Positions 53,251 through 62,824 of a stretch of 64,000 nucleotides of DNA are shown piece after piece. Location of the stretch: contig JABZFO010000116.1 in NCBI GenBank assembly GCA_014237405.1, forward strand, positions 936 to 64,935. Reading direction: 5' to 3'. The notes beneath the pieces are model-generated. The model worked only from the letters and a program-made list of their open reading frames with translations. It made no database searches and had not been told where the DNA came from. Source of the DNA: Desulfosarcina sp. (GTDB lineage Bacteria; Desulfobacterota; Desulfobacteria; Desulfobacterales; Desulfosarcinaceae). Position 1 is the first letter of the stretch. Every line of letters starts with the position of its first letter. Position numbers and translations under genes: made by a program.

Positions 53251-54705
53251 TTACGGTTGATGGCGGGTGCCGTATGTGGTCAGAATATTGCCGGTTCGTG
53301 TTTCCAGTTCTACCCAGGCCTGTCGCAGGCCCACCAAGGCCAAGGCCAGGTTGCTCTGGACGGTGGTTAGATCCTTCTGGGCTTCGTTGAGGCGGACCAG
53401 GGACCCCTGGCCGGCGTTATATTCCTTTTCCACCAGATCCCGGGTGCGCTGCACCAGGTCCACATTTTCCCGCTGAAGGGTCACCTGAGTTTGGGCCGTG
53501 GCCACCAGCGCCACGGAACTGCGGATATCCGAAGTAGCAAAGAGAATCAGCTCCTCCAAACGCTTTTCCAATTCCACTTCACGATGCCGGACCTCTCGGA
53601 CTTTTGCCCGGGTGAGTCCGCCGGCAAACAGGTTGTAGGATAGGCCCACCCGGATTTGGTTGCCAAAATCGTCCCGCCCAAATCCCGGATTATCGGTTCG
53701 CTCTCCGTCTATACTGCCGGCCAGAGCCACGGTGGGGTAGTAGTCGGCCTGAGCAACCTTGATCTGTGCCTTTGTCTGCTTGATACCCCACTGGGCCTGC
53801 TGAATATCCGGGCGATTGTCCATCGCATCATCGATCAAATCGTCCACCGGCGGAGTGGAAAGTTCCGATGTCGTCTCCTGGGAGAGTCGTGCCAGCTGCA
53901 CGTGCGACGGCATCCGGGACTCGGGCAAACCCAGCAGCGCGGCCAGGCCGTAAAGGGCGATTTCGAAACGATACTCCTGGTTGATTCGGGTGGTTTTTGC
54001 CTGGTTTTTACGCACCTGAAAGTTGAGTACATCACTCAACGAACCGGTTCCCACCCGGTGGCGAGCTTCGGCATCCGATAGCTGGCCTTGGTTGAATTCC
54101 TCGTCGGCCTTGGCAATGGCAATGTTCTCCAGGGCCAGCTGGGCCGAAAAATAGGACAGGGCCACGGCGGAAATCAGCAGGCGCCGGGCGTCATTTAAGG
54201 CCGCAGTGCTGGACTGTTTACCGTATCGGGCGGATGCATTTGAAAATTTTCGCTCGAACCCGTCAAACAGGGTCCAGGAAGCCGTCAAGTCCGCATTGAA
54301 GTATTCCTCAGGGTCTTCGATGGTAGCCGTGGGATTCACGATCCGGGCGGTGGTCAGGTTCCGCTGATACGTGTTTTCGGAGAGTTCAACCCGGGCTCCT
54401 GACGCATTGGCATCCAGCCGGGGCCAGTAGGTGGAGCGTGCCTGATCCACCTGTGCCTTGGCCTGGCGAACGCGGGCCGCTGCCGCTTCGAGGCCGGGGT
54501 TGCCCGCCAGGGCGATCTCCACGGCGGCTTCAAGGTCCAGGGTCGATATGGCGGCCCAGTCTACCGTTATTGCATTACCGGGATGTTCTTTTAAGGAAGA
54601 CCCCGTGGCGGCGGTTTCCTGGGCAATACCCGCCAGCGGCAGGGCGACCATCCAGTAGAGCATGGGTATGGCGAACCAAATGGCGCATCTTTTCATCTTT
54701 TCCAC
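53251..54705 (-). CDS. TolC-family outer-membrane efflux protein
   Basis: Signal peptide and two internally repeated OEP halves with the expected coiled-coil heptads. It is the last gene of the MFP / RND / OMP operon. Confidence 0.85.
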   Translation of the reverse strand: MEKMKRCAIWFAIPMLYWMVALPLAGIAQETAATGSSLKEHPGNAITVDWAAISTLDLEAAVEIALAGNPGLEAAAARVRQAKAQVDQARSTYWPRLDANASGARVELSENTYQRNLTTARIVNPTATIEDPEEYFNADLTASWTLFDGFERKFSNASARYGKQSSTAALNDARRLLISAVALSYFSAQLALENIAIAKADEEFNQGQLSDAEARHRVGTGSLSDVLNFQVRKNQAKTTRINQEYRFEIALYGLAALLGLPESRMPSHVQLARLSQETTSELSTPPVDDLIDDAMDNRPDIQQAQWGIKQTKAQIKVAQADYYPTVALAGSIDGERTDNPGFGRDDFGNQIRVGLSYNLFAGGLTRAKVREVRHREVELEKRLEELILFATSDIRSSVALVATAQTQVTLQRENVDLVQRTRDLVEKEYNAGQGSLVRLNEAQKDLTTVQSNLALALVGLRQAWVELETRTGNILTTYGTRHQP

Positions 54706-54729
54706 TCTTTCCTGACTTAGTTTTAGGCA

Positions 54730-57700
54730 TCAACTACAGACATCCACGGACGGCGAGCGCACTTGCCCATGATCGTCGGCCAGCGGATCTTCATGCCGAT
54801 TTCTGGCCGGCTCCACTTCCAATCGCCTGGGCCATTGGCCGTGCTTGAACCTATGTATCAACAGCCTGAAATCATTCAATATAGCAAGCAGACTGGGGAT
54901 GAGCACCAGCGTAAGGATGGTGGCAAAAGCCACACCGGCGGCAATGGAAAGCGCCATTGGGATGAGAAATTTTGCCTGGAAATCGGTCTCCAGAATCAAC
55001 GGGGACAATCCACCCACCGTACTCAATGTGGTGAGGAAAACCGCCCTGAAGCGTCGCGCACCGCCTTTTAAAATCGCATCAAAGAACGGCATTCCGCAGG
55101 CAATGTTTTCATTGATGCGCTCGATGAGCACGATGGCGTCGTTGACCACCACCCCGGTGAGGGCCACCATGCCGAAGATGCTCATGATGGACAGGTCGTA
55201 GCCCAGCAGCAGGTGGCCGAACACCGCCCCGATAATGCCGAAGGGCACGGTAAACATGATCACGAAGGGCTGGACGTAAGAGCGAAACATGGTGGCGATG
55301 ACGATGAAGATTCCCAGCACCGCCAACGGAAACCCGATGAAGAGGCTGCCGAAGGATTCGCGCATCTTCTTCTGCTCCCCCTGAAGATCCACGAACAGTC
55401 CGGGATGGCGCTTCTTCAACTGGGGGAAATAGTTGGCCGACAGCTCCGCGAAGATTTCGTTGGCGTTGGCCTTGTTGGTATCCACGCCGGCGCTCACGGC
55501 CACCCGGCGCATGCCGTCGGTGCGGGTGAGGGTGGAGTAGCCGGGAGTAAAGGTGACGTCGGCCACGGACATGAGCGGCACCTCGAACCCGCCGGCGGTG
55601 CGGATGCGCACCTGGTCCAGGTCGGACAGGCGGCTGCGTTCATCAGCGGTGTAGCGCACCTTCACCCGGATGTCATCCCGGCCCCGTTGAAGCCTCAGGG
55701 CTTCGTTACCGTAGTATCCGGCGTAGATCTGCCGGGCCAGGTCCTCCACGGTGAGCCCCAGCGCCCGGGCTTCTGGCTTGAGGCTCAACCGCATCTCGTT
55801 CTTGCCGGGGGAAAAGTCGGTACGGACCTGGTAAACACCGTCGAATTTTCTCAGTCGCGCCATCAGTTCATCGGCAGCGGCCAGGATATCATCCATGTCG
55901 TGTCCCCGGAGCCATACCTCGATGGGATCACCGGGCGGCCCGGCCTCCATGCCAGCAAAGGTCAGGGACTTTATACCGGGCAGGATGCCGATCTCCTTTT
56001 CCCACAAAACCATCAGTTCCTCGGCATGAATACCCCGCTTTTCGGAATCCAGGAGAATCGCCTGGACGGAGCCGTAGTGGGGACCCACCTTGGGCATGTC
56101 GCTCAGAGTCTGGCCCACCAGGGTCAGCCGGTCTTCCACCAGGGGTTCGCCGGACCGGGTCTGGGTCTTTTCTTCCAGCCGCATCAACGCGGCCTCGATC
56201 TCTTCGATGGCCCGCCGGGTTACCTCCGGCGGAGTGCCGCTGGGAAACTCTGCTGTGGCGGTCATCACAAAGCCGTCCAGTTTCGGGAACACCTCAAATT
56301 TGATGATCCCGCTGCGCACCAGGCCGATGGTAAGCATCAGCACGGTAATGGCCGTGGCCAAGGAGATGTAGCGCCAGTTCAGGGCCTTGCTGAGAAACGG
56401 CATGTAAACACGGGCGACAAAGAGCTCCATCCACCGGGAGGTGGTCTGCTGGACCCGGGAGAGCCGTCGAACCAGCGGATGTTCCTGATCGTTCGGTCGG
56501 TTGGGGTCAGGCAGGTGGCTCAGATGGGCCGGCAGCAAAAAGAGACACTCCACCAGCGACACCACCAGGCAGGCGATCACTACAACAGGCAGGATGGAGA
56601 TGAATTTTCCCATGATGCCGCCCACGTAAAACAGCGGCAGAAAAGCAACGATGGTGGTAAGTATGGCGGCGATCACCGGCATGCCTACTTCCAAAACGCC
56701 GTCCACCGCTGCCTTCAGGGCGCTCTTGCCCTGCTTGCGGTGAACGTAGATGGCCTCGCCCACCACTATGGCGTCGTCTACCACGATGCCCAGCACCATG
56801 ATGAGGCCGAACAGGGAGATCATGTTGATGGTTCCGCCAATGGCCCAGAGGATAGCCAGGGCGCCGGCAATGGAGATGGGAATGCCCATGCCTGCCCAGA
56901 AAGAGAGCCGGGCATTGAGGAAACTCCACAGCAACAGAAAAACAATGCACAGGCCGATGATGCCGTTTTTCAACAGCAGGTCGATGCGCGCCCGAAGCAT
57001 ATCGGTGTTGTCGTAAAGCACCTGGATGTTGGCGCCATCGGGGAGTTGCTGGTGCTTCTCATGGATGTACCGGTCGATGGTTTTCGAAATCACCAGGGCA
57101 TCTTCTTCCGGCGTTTTGTAAACGATCAACAGGACGGCCGGTTCCCCGTTGATGGTGGCGGCAATGGGGTCCTCGGTAAACCCGTCGTCGATGTGGGCCA
57201 GCCGGTCCAGGGTGACCACGTCTCCTTCCGGCCGGGCCAACACCACCACCGAGGCCAGATCCTGGCCGGTGTATTTTCGCCCCATGGTGCGCACCCGGAT
57301 CTCCTCTTCCCGTGTCCGGATGGTGCCGCCGGCCAGATTAAGGCTGCTGCGGCGGATGGCATTGGCCACGTCGGATAAAGAAAGGTCGTACTGGCGGAGC
57401 CGTTCCTCGGAAACCTCGATGGCAATTTCATAATCCCGTGCGCCGAAGGTTTCCACCTGTGAGATGTTGGGCAGTTGCTGGATTTCGTCCTTGATCTGCT
57501 CGGACCACTCCTTGATCCGCCGTTCGGACATGTCGCCGGACAGGTAGAGCAACGTCACCACATCCTTGAGCAGCAACTCGCTGATCACCGGCTTTTCCGC
57601 ATCCACCGGAAAGGTGGAAATGGCATTGACCTTGGTGCGCACCCGGTCGAGCACCTCATCCACATCGTAGTCCTCCCGGACTTCGATATTGGCTGAGCCC

Positions 57701-57966
57701 AGCCCCTCAGACGACTGGGTGGTATACTGCTTGATGCCTTCCAACCCCTCGATGACCTCTTCGATCTTTCGGCTGATGCCCTCTTCCACCTCTTCCGGAT
57801 CGGCGCCGGGATACGGCACCGAGATGGTGATCATATCCAGGGAAAATTCCGGAAAGGTTTCACGGATCATGTTGGCCGTGGCGATGTATCCGGCAATGAA
57901 TATCATCACCAGGATGATGTTGGCGAACACCGTGTTCCTGGCAAACGCGGCAAGTACCCGTTTCAT
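54730..57966 (-). CDS. RND efflux pump permease (AcrB/AcrD/AcrF family)
   Basis: 1078 aa with a 12-TM architecture and two large periplasmic loops. Conserved TM4 region GLIMVLGIVVDDAIVV. Confidence 0.9.
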   Translation of the reverse strand: MKRVLAAFARNTVFANIILVMIFIAGYIATANMIRETFPEFSLDMITISVPYPGADPEEVEEGISRKIEEVIEGLEGIKQYTTQSSEGLGSANIEVREDYDVDEVLDRVRTKVNAISTFPVDAEKPVISELLLKDVVTLLYLSGDMSERRIKEWSEQIKDEIQQLPNISQVETFGARDYEIAIEVSEERLRQYDLSLSDVANAIRRSSLNLAGGTIRTREEEIRVRTMGRKYTGQDLASVVVLARPEGDVVTLDRLAHIDDGFTEDPIAATINGEPAVLLIVYKTPEEDALVISKTIDRYIHEKHQQLPDGANIQVLYDNTDMLRARIDLLLKNGIIGLCIVFLLLWSFLNARLSFWAGMGIPISIAGALAILWAIGGTINMISLFGLIMVLGIVVDDAIVVGEAIYVHRKQGKSALKAAVDGVLEVGMPVIAAILTTIVAFLPLFYVGGIMGKFISILPVVVIACLVVSLVECLFLLPAHLSHLPDPNRPNDQEHPLVRRLSRVQQTTSRWMELFVARVYMPFLSKALNWRYISLATAITVLMLTIGLVRSGIIKFEVFPKLDGFVMTATAEFPSGTPPEVTRRAIEEIEAALMRLEEKTQTRSGEPLVEDRLTLVGQTLSDMPKVGPHYGSVQAILLDSEKRGIHAEELMVLWEKEIGILPGIKSLTFAGMEAGPPGDPIEVWLRGHDMDDILAAADELMARLRKFDGVYQVRTDFSPGKNEMRLSLKPEARALGLTVEDLARQIYAGYYGNEALRLQRGRDDIRVKVRYTADERSRLSDLDQVRIRTAGGFEVPLMSVADVTFTPGYSTLTRTDGMRRVAVSAGVDTNKANANEIFAELSANYFPQLKKRHPGLFVDLQGEQKKMRESFGSLFIGFPLAVLGIFIVIATMFRSYVQPFVIMFTVPFGIIGAVFGHLLLGYDLSIMSIFGMVALTGVVVNDAIVLIERINENIACGMPFFDAILKGGARRFRAVFLTTLSTVGGLSPLILETDFQAKFLIPMALSIAAGVAFATILTLVLIPSLLAILNDFRLLIHRFKHGQWPRRLEVEPARNRHEDPLADDHGQVRSPSVDVCS

Positions 57967-59321
57967 GATGCGGACTCCTTGGCGGCCGTGGTGTCCGCGA
58001 TTTCCAGCAATGCCTTTTCAAGAGGGTCAATGAGCCGGGTGAGAATCACCGTGTCACCCGGGTTGAGCCCCCGGCCCACATAAACATACTCTCCCTCGAT
58101 CCGCTCGACGGTCACGTCCACCGTTTTGAGCCGGCCGTCGGCATTGGCCAGGTAGACCTTATTTTCAAAGCTCACCGCCTGCCGGGGCAGTCGGTAGACA
58201 TTGTGCATGGTCCGGCCAGGAATTTCAATCGTGCAAAACATCCCTTCCACCAGCGGCAGCGCCCGGTTGCCGTTGCCCATGGCCGATTCGGCGGTGACCC
58301 GCACGGCCACGGTGAGGGTTCGCGTCTGCTGGTCGAACTTCACCACCCGGTTCAGAATGCCGGTCCAAACCGATCCGGTCTTGTCTTCGGTCCAGCGGAT
58401 CGTGCATTCAACCGGCTTGAGGTTGGCGAACCAGGCGGTGGGCAGTCGGTCGCTGGCCGGTGTTTCAAATTGCAGCCAATTACGGGCATCCCGGCTGTCC
58501 AGGGGCACCTGAATCTCCAGGAGCGTATCATCGGCCAGGGTTAGGATGTTCTGCCCCGGCGAGACAAATTGGCCGGCTTCCACTGAAACAGATTTGATCC
58601 GGGCATCGAAAGGTGCTTTGACCGTGCAGCGGGACAGTTTCGTTTCTGCCAGCGAAAGGCGGGCCTTTGCCGAGGTCAGGCTGCTTTCTGCTTCCCGAAT
58701 CTGCAACGGGTAAAGGGTCACGGCCTGGGCCATCTGATCCGCCTGATCCGAGGTACTGTTATAGGCGCGCTCCGCCTGATCCACCCCGGATCGGGTCCCC
58801 ACACTGTCCACCTCGAACAGCCGCTTGACCCGTTCGAACTCGGTCTTGGCCAGCTGGGCGTTTCGCTCCAGGGTTTTCAGCCGCTGGGCGTCAATGGCAA
58901 ACTGCTTTTTCAGGCGGGCCACCGAATTCTGCCACTGGGTCACCCCGGCCCCGGCCTCCTGGAGGCCGGCCTCGTAATCGGCCGGGTCGATCCGAAACAT
59001 CACGTCGCCAACGGGAATGATCTGACCGGCCTTGAGCGTTGGGTGCGTGTAGACCACCCGGCCGGACACTTCCGGCGCAACGGTCACCACGGTCAGGGCC
59101 ATGGCCCCGCCGTACCCGGTGATGGCCACCGGATAGTCCCGGGGCTGGGCCTCCATGGTCTGCACCTTGATGGCTCGTTCTTCGGTTTTCACCTCGGCGG
59201 GGGGCTGCTTCAAACTGGCCAGCCCGTTCATCCCCGCCCAGCCTACCAAAAGAATCAGGGCGCAGATGACGATTCGAATCATCACATGTTTTTTCTGCCG
59301 GCTATTTTTCTTGCTATCCAT
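57963..59321 (-). CDS. RND efflux periplasmic adaptor (membrane fusion protein, HlyD family)
   Basis: N-terminal anchor, lipoyl/barrel-sandwich and coiled-coil hairpin regions. ATG 59321 (MDSKKNS) overlaps the marR stop by 8 nt. The stop overlaps the RND gene start by 4 nt. Confidence 0.85.
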   Translation of the reverse strand: MDSKKNSRQKKHVMIRIVICALILLVGWAGMNGLASLKQPPAEVKTEERAIKVQTMEAQPRDYPVAITGYGGAMALTVVTVAPEVSGRVVYTHPTLKAGQIIPVGDVMFRIDPADYEAGLQEAGAGVTQWQNSVARLKKQFAIDAQRLKTLERNAQLAKTEFERVKRLFEVDSVGTRSGVDQAERAYNSTSDQADQMAQAVTLYPLQIREAESSLTSAKARLSLAETKLSRCTVKAPFDARIKSVSVEAGQFVSPGQNILTLADDTLLEIQVPLDSRDARNWLQFETPASDRLPTAWFANLKPVECTIRWTEDKTGSVWTGILNRVVKFDQQTRTLTVAVRVTAESAMGNGNRALPLVEGMFCTIEIPGRTMHNVYRLPRQAVSFENKVYLANADGRLKTVDVTVERIEGEYVYVGRGLNPGDTVILTRLIDPLEKALLEIADTTAAKESAS

Positions 59322-59805
59322 TTTGCAACCTTGAATTAAGTTGATTCTTTTCCAGAACCTGCTTGATCTGTTGGAGCACCTCGCACCACTTTTGCGTGGT
59401 TTCGGGCCCCACCGCCTCCACCAGCTCCACAAAAGAGCCCAGGATCATCTCTTCCACATTGGCAATGTCCTTGAGCGCCTCGGGGGAGACCCGGATCACC
59501 ACCTTGCGCCGATCCTGATCACTGGGGGTTCGGGTCAGCAGTCCCCGCTCTACAAGACGGTCCACCATGGTGGACACCGACGGGGGGGACACACCCAACA
59601 GCGTTGCCAATTCAGTAACGGACACCGCTTCGCGAACCCGGATCATAATAATCATATTCATCTGCGGTGCGGACAACTCCCCGAAGCGGTCATCCTTTCC
59701 GGTGCTCATGCATGCGCCGGTGGATATCCGCATGATCCGATCATGGATCACTCTGCCCGTTGTAAAAATGAAGCGGGCACTGGTCAGTGCATCTTGATCT
59801 GTCAT
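59314..59805 (-). CDS. MarR-family transcriptional regulator
   Basis: Winged HTH VSVTELATLLGVSPPSVSTMVDRLVERGLLTRTPSDQDRR. ATG 59805 is preceded by GGAGG at 5-nt spacing. Confidence 0.85.
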   Translation of the reverse strand: MTDQDALTSARFIFTTGRVIHDRIMRISTGACMSTGKDDRFGELSAPQMNMIIMIRVREAVSVTELATLLGVSPPSVSTMVDRLVERGLLTRTPSDQDRRKVVIRVSPEALKDIANVEEMILGSFVELVEAVGPETTQKWCEVLQQIKQVLEKNQLNSRLQNG

Positions 59806-59831
59806 GAACGCCTCCAAGCCTTATGAAGGCT

Positions 59832-59860
59832 AAATATAAACGAAACTAACTGTTTGTCAA
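59832..59860 (-). promoter_or_regulatory. Candidate sigma70 promoter of the marR-efflux operon (TTGACA-N17-ATATTT)
   Basis: On the minus strand the -35 is at 59860-59855 and the -10 at 59837-59832. This gives a leader of about 20 nt to the marR Shine-Dalgarno sequence and ATG. Confidence 0.4.
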
Positions 59861-60171
59861 TATAATATTTAGTATATTCTAATTAGTTGATTTTCAAACC
59901 ATTGCCGGGGTATGCCGTTCACGATCCTAACCCGGATAAACCGGTGCTGTTGGAAAGGCGTACGCCGCAAACAACAAATTGCAAACACTAAATTTCAGAA
60001 TTAAGAGACTAAACGCCTTTCAGGAGAAGTGCTCGGCAGAGGATACATGCGCTTGGCCTCTCAGCGCTTTTCAAAAGGGTAACAATGTGTAACAAATCGT
60101 AACGTTTCGCCTTCAATCCCGGCCTGGGATAAAGTCTGATGATGCATCGATTAAACTGCTTATATGAGGTA

Positions 60172-60312
60172 GTGTCCGTCCAGAAACGAGGATTTTCGTT
60201 CAAGATCAAGGCCTGCGAAAAATTTTACCACAGGCATATGGTTGATATTCCGAGGATAAAATTTTGAGCATAACGCAGAGATTGGGCGAAAAGACCGTTT
60301 CTGGATGGGCAC
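60172..60312 (+). repeat. Copy R7, a divergent-core member of the palindromic element family, flanked by direct GAGGTA repeats
   Basis: The termini match the main family (GTGTCCGTCCAGAAACG / CCGTTTCTGGATGGGCAC). The core reads CAAGATCAAGGCCTGCG-AAAAATTTTA-CCACAGGCATATGGTTGATATTCCGAGGA-TAAAATTTT-GAGCATAACGCAGAGAT. GAGGTA occurs at 60166-60171 and again at 60313-60318. Confidence 0.8.
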
Positions 60313-60466
60313 GAGGTAGGTATGCTGTAAATCCGGCAGGCTGTCGCAGCAACGATCTGATCGACCATGATTTTTATCTTAAACGCAGGTTAAAGAAAGT
60401 TCATCGGGGGCCGATATTGTGGGAAACAGTTCAATTAATCTTTGGTATGCCCCGGATGGAAACAAT

Positions 60467-61225
60467 ATGGCCCTGAGCAAGAAAACGCCGCGAATCCTTT
60501 GTGTAACCAGCGGCAAAGGGGGGGTGGGGAAAACCAGTTTCACGGTGAATTTCGCCATCGCTCTGACCCGAAACGACAGCCGCGTCCTAGTGGTGGACGG
60601 CGATATGGGGCTGGCCAACGTGGATGTGCTGTTACGGCTGTCGGTAAAAAACAATATCCGGGACATCCTGGAAAGCGGTGCCGACCCCCGGCAGGCGCTG
60701 ATTTTTGCCCGCCCCAACCTGGCCGTGCTGCCGGGCAGTTCCGGTGTGCCGGAGATGGTCTCGTTGGGAGACAAACAGCAGTCAAAGCTGGCCGGTTTTA
60801 TCAAAAATATCTCATCGAGTTTCGACTACGTAATCATCGATACGGCGGCGGGGATCGGATCGTCGGTGTTGTGGTACAACCGGTTTTCCGACCATAACAT
60901 TTTCATCCTGAGCCCGGACCCCACATCCATGACCGATGCATACGCCCTGATCAAACTGCTTTCCCGGGATCACGGGATCAACCGGTTCAACCTGGTGCTC
61001 AATTTCGTTCGCGGGGTTCGCGAGGGCAACCATACTGTGGATACCATCAAACGGGTTACCCAGCGGTTTCTCAACTTGGAGCTGGCCCATCTGGGCAGCA
61101 TTCCAGAAGACAACGCGGTCCGCAAAGCGGTTCTCGACCAGGTGCCCTTTATCGAACAGACACCTGGCAGCAAAGCAGCCCGGGCCGTCCATGACCTGGC
61201 AGAACGGGTTCATACGCTGATCTGA
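60467..61225 (+). CDS. MinD/ParA/FlhG-family P-loop ATPase
   Basis: Deviant Walker A CVTSGKGGVGKTSFTVNFAIAL, with VVDGDMGLANVDVLL. ATG 60467 was chosen within the longer ORF. Confidence 0.8.
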   Translation: MALSKKTPRILCVTSGKGGVGKTSFTVNFAIALTRNDSRVLVVDGDMGLANVDVLLRLSVKNNIRDILESGADPRQALIFARPNLAVLPGSSGVPEMVSLGDKQQSKLAGFIKNISSSFDYVIIDTAAGIGSSVLWYNRFSDHNIFILSPDPTSMTDAYALIKLLSRDHGINRFNLVLNFVRGVREGNHTVDTIKRVTQRFLNLELAHLGSIPEDNAVRKAVLDQVPFIEQTPGSKAARAVHDLAERVHTLI

Positions 61226-61338
61226 TGATTTCCAGAAACGCCATCCATACCCGCACCATTACCTGCGGCTGCTGCCGTTATGGGGTCTCGGCCGCGTTTC
61301 TGAAGCGCTCCGGCTTTTGCAACGTTAGGGGTAAATCA

Positions 61339-62154
61339 ATGCATGGAAGCTTTTTTTTTGTGGTTCTATGGATCGTCGTGCTGCTGGTGGCCATTGTTCT
61401 CGGCTACCTGCAGCAAAACCGGATGGTAAAACGCAAAACCGCCGAATTGAGACGGGAGCTTTTCGAGCGGCAGATGGCGGAAAAGGAGCTGCTGGCCTCG
61501 GATCAAAAATTGCGGCAGTCCCTGGCTGAAAAAGAATCGCTGCTCAAGGAGATCCACCATCGGGTGAAAAACAACCTGCAGATCGTCTCCAGCCTGCTCT
61601 ACCTGCAAGAGGACTATATGACCGATCCCAAAGGAGTGGATATCCTGCGGGAGAGCCAGAACCGGGTCAAGTCCATGGCCCTGATCCACGAACAGCTCTA
61701 CGGCACGGCGGATCTGGCAAAAATTGACTTCGGCCGCTACATTGAGGGGCTGACAGCCAACCTGTTTGACGCCTACGGCATCGATCCGGACCGCATCCGG
61801 CTCAATGTCCGGACCGGCGACATTGCCCTGGGCGTGGACATGGCCGTACCCTGTGGCCTGATCATCAACGAGCTGGTATCCAACGCCCTCAAGCATGCAT
61901 TTTTGCCTGACGCCAGCGGGACTATTGACATCGCTATTCAAACCCCGGACACTGGCCGGATAGAAATGGTGGTGGCCGACGACGGCATCGGTCTTACCGA
62001 GCCGCCTGCGGATGCTGAAAAAAAATCTTTGGGCCTTCGGCTCATCGACACCCTCACCGCTCAGCTGGATGGCACCCTTGTCATCAATACGGAAAAGGGG
62101 ACCCGGTTCAGCATCACCCTGAACGCCCCTGAACAACCTGAAAAGGAGTCCTGA
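61339..62154 (+). CDS. Membrane-anchored sensor histidine kinase, HisKA_2/HWE-like type
   Basis: One TM segment (FFFVVLWIVVLLVAIVLGYL), a coiled coil, an H-box (EIHHRVKNNLQIVSSLLYLQ) and an ATPase domain (ELVSNALKHAF...DDGIGL...GLRLI). Confidence 0.8.
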   Translation: MHGSFFFVVLWIVVLLVAIVLGYLQQNRMVKRKTAELRRELFERQMAEKELLASDQKLRQSLAEKESLLKEIHHRVKNNLQIVSSLLYLQEDYMTDPKGVDILRESQNRVKSMALIHEQLYGTADLAKIDFGRYIEGLTANLFDAYGIDPDRIRLNVRTGDIALGVDMAVPCGLIINELVSNALKHAFLPDASGTIDIAIQTPDTGRIEMVVADDGIGLTEPPADAEKKSLGLRLIDTLTAQLDGTLVINTEKGTRFSITLNAPEQPEKES

Positions 62155-62155
62155 C

Positions 62156-62824
62156 ATGACACAGGCGACGATTCTGGTGGTGGAAGACGAAGGCATTGTG
62201 GCACAGGAAATTAAAAGCCGCCTGGAAAAAACCGGTTACAAGGTGTGTGCCGTGGCTCACGACGGCGAAACGGCTGTGGCCCATGTCGGGGAGATGGGGC
62301 CGGACCTGGTGCTAATGGACATCCGGCTCAAAGGCGAGATGGACGGTATCGAAGCCGCCGGCCTGATCCGTGACCGGTTCAACATTCCCGTCGTTTACCT
62401 CACCGCCTACACCGACCCGGCCACCCTGGAGCGGGCCAAGGTCATGGAGCCCTTCGGATACGTGGTCAAACCCTTCGAGACCCGCAGTCTTATGGTTTCC
62501 ATCGAGATTGCCCTGCACCGCCACCGCAGTGAGTCCGAGCGTATCTACCGGGAAAAGCTTCAGGCGGTATTGGAGACCGCCGGCGCCATCTGTCACGAGT
62601 TGAACCAGCCCATGATGGCCATCTCCGGCCACACGGAACTGCTCATGGAAACCCTTGACCAGAATGATCCCCTTTACCCGAAAATTGCCAGGATAAAATC
62701 ACAGGTGGAACGTATGGGCGCCATTACCCAAAAGCTCATGGGTATCACCCGCTACGAGACCAAGAATTATGTGCAGGGGGAGCGCATCGTGGACATAGAG
62801 AAGTCTTCTCTGACCTTTGATTAG
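62156..62824 (+). CDS. Response regulator receiver fused to a DHp-like (HisKA-type H-box) domain without an ATPase domain
   Basis: Receiver domain (ILVVEDEGIVA...DLVLMDIRLKGEMDG...VKPF), followed by ICHELNQPMMAISGHTELL and about 60 further residues. Confidence 0.8.
   Translation: MTQATILVVEDEGIVAQEIKSRLEKTGYKVCAVAHDGETAVAHVGEMGPDLVLMDIRLKGEMDGIEAAGLIRDRFNIPVVYLTAYTDPATLERAKVMEPFGYVVKPFETRSLMVSIEIALHRHRSESERIYREKLQAVLETAGAICHELNQPMMAISGHTELLMETLDQNDPLYPKIARIKSQVERMGAITQKLMGITRYETKNYVQGERIVDIEKSSLTFD

Noticed and set aside
55213-57378. 721-aa ORF on the plus strand, opposite the RND pump gene
   Set aside because: It is an antisense shadow of an unambiguous AcrB-family gene. The translation is Gly/His/Asp/Gln-rich, with no domain signatures.
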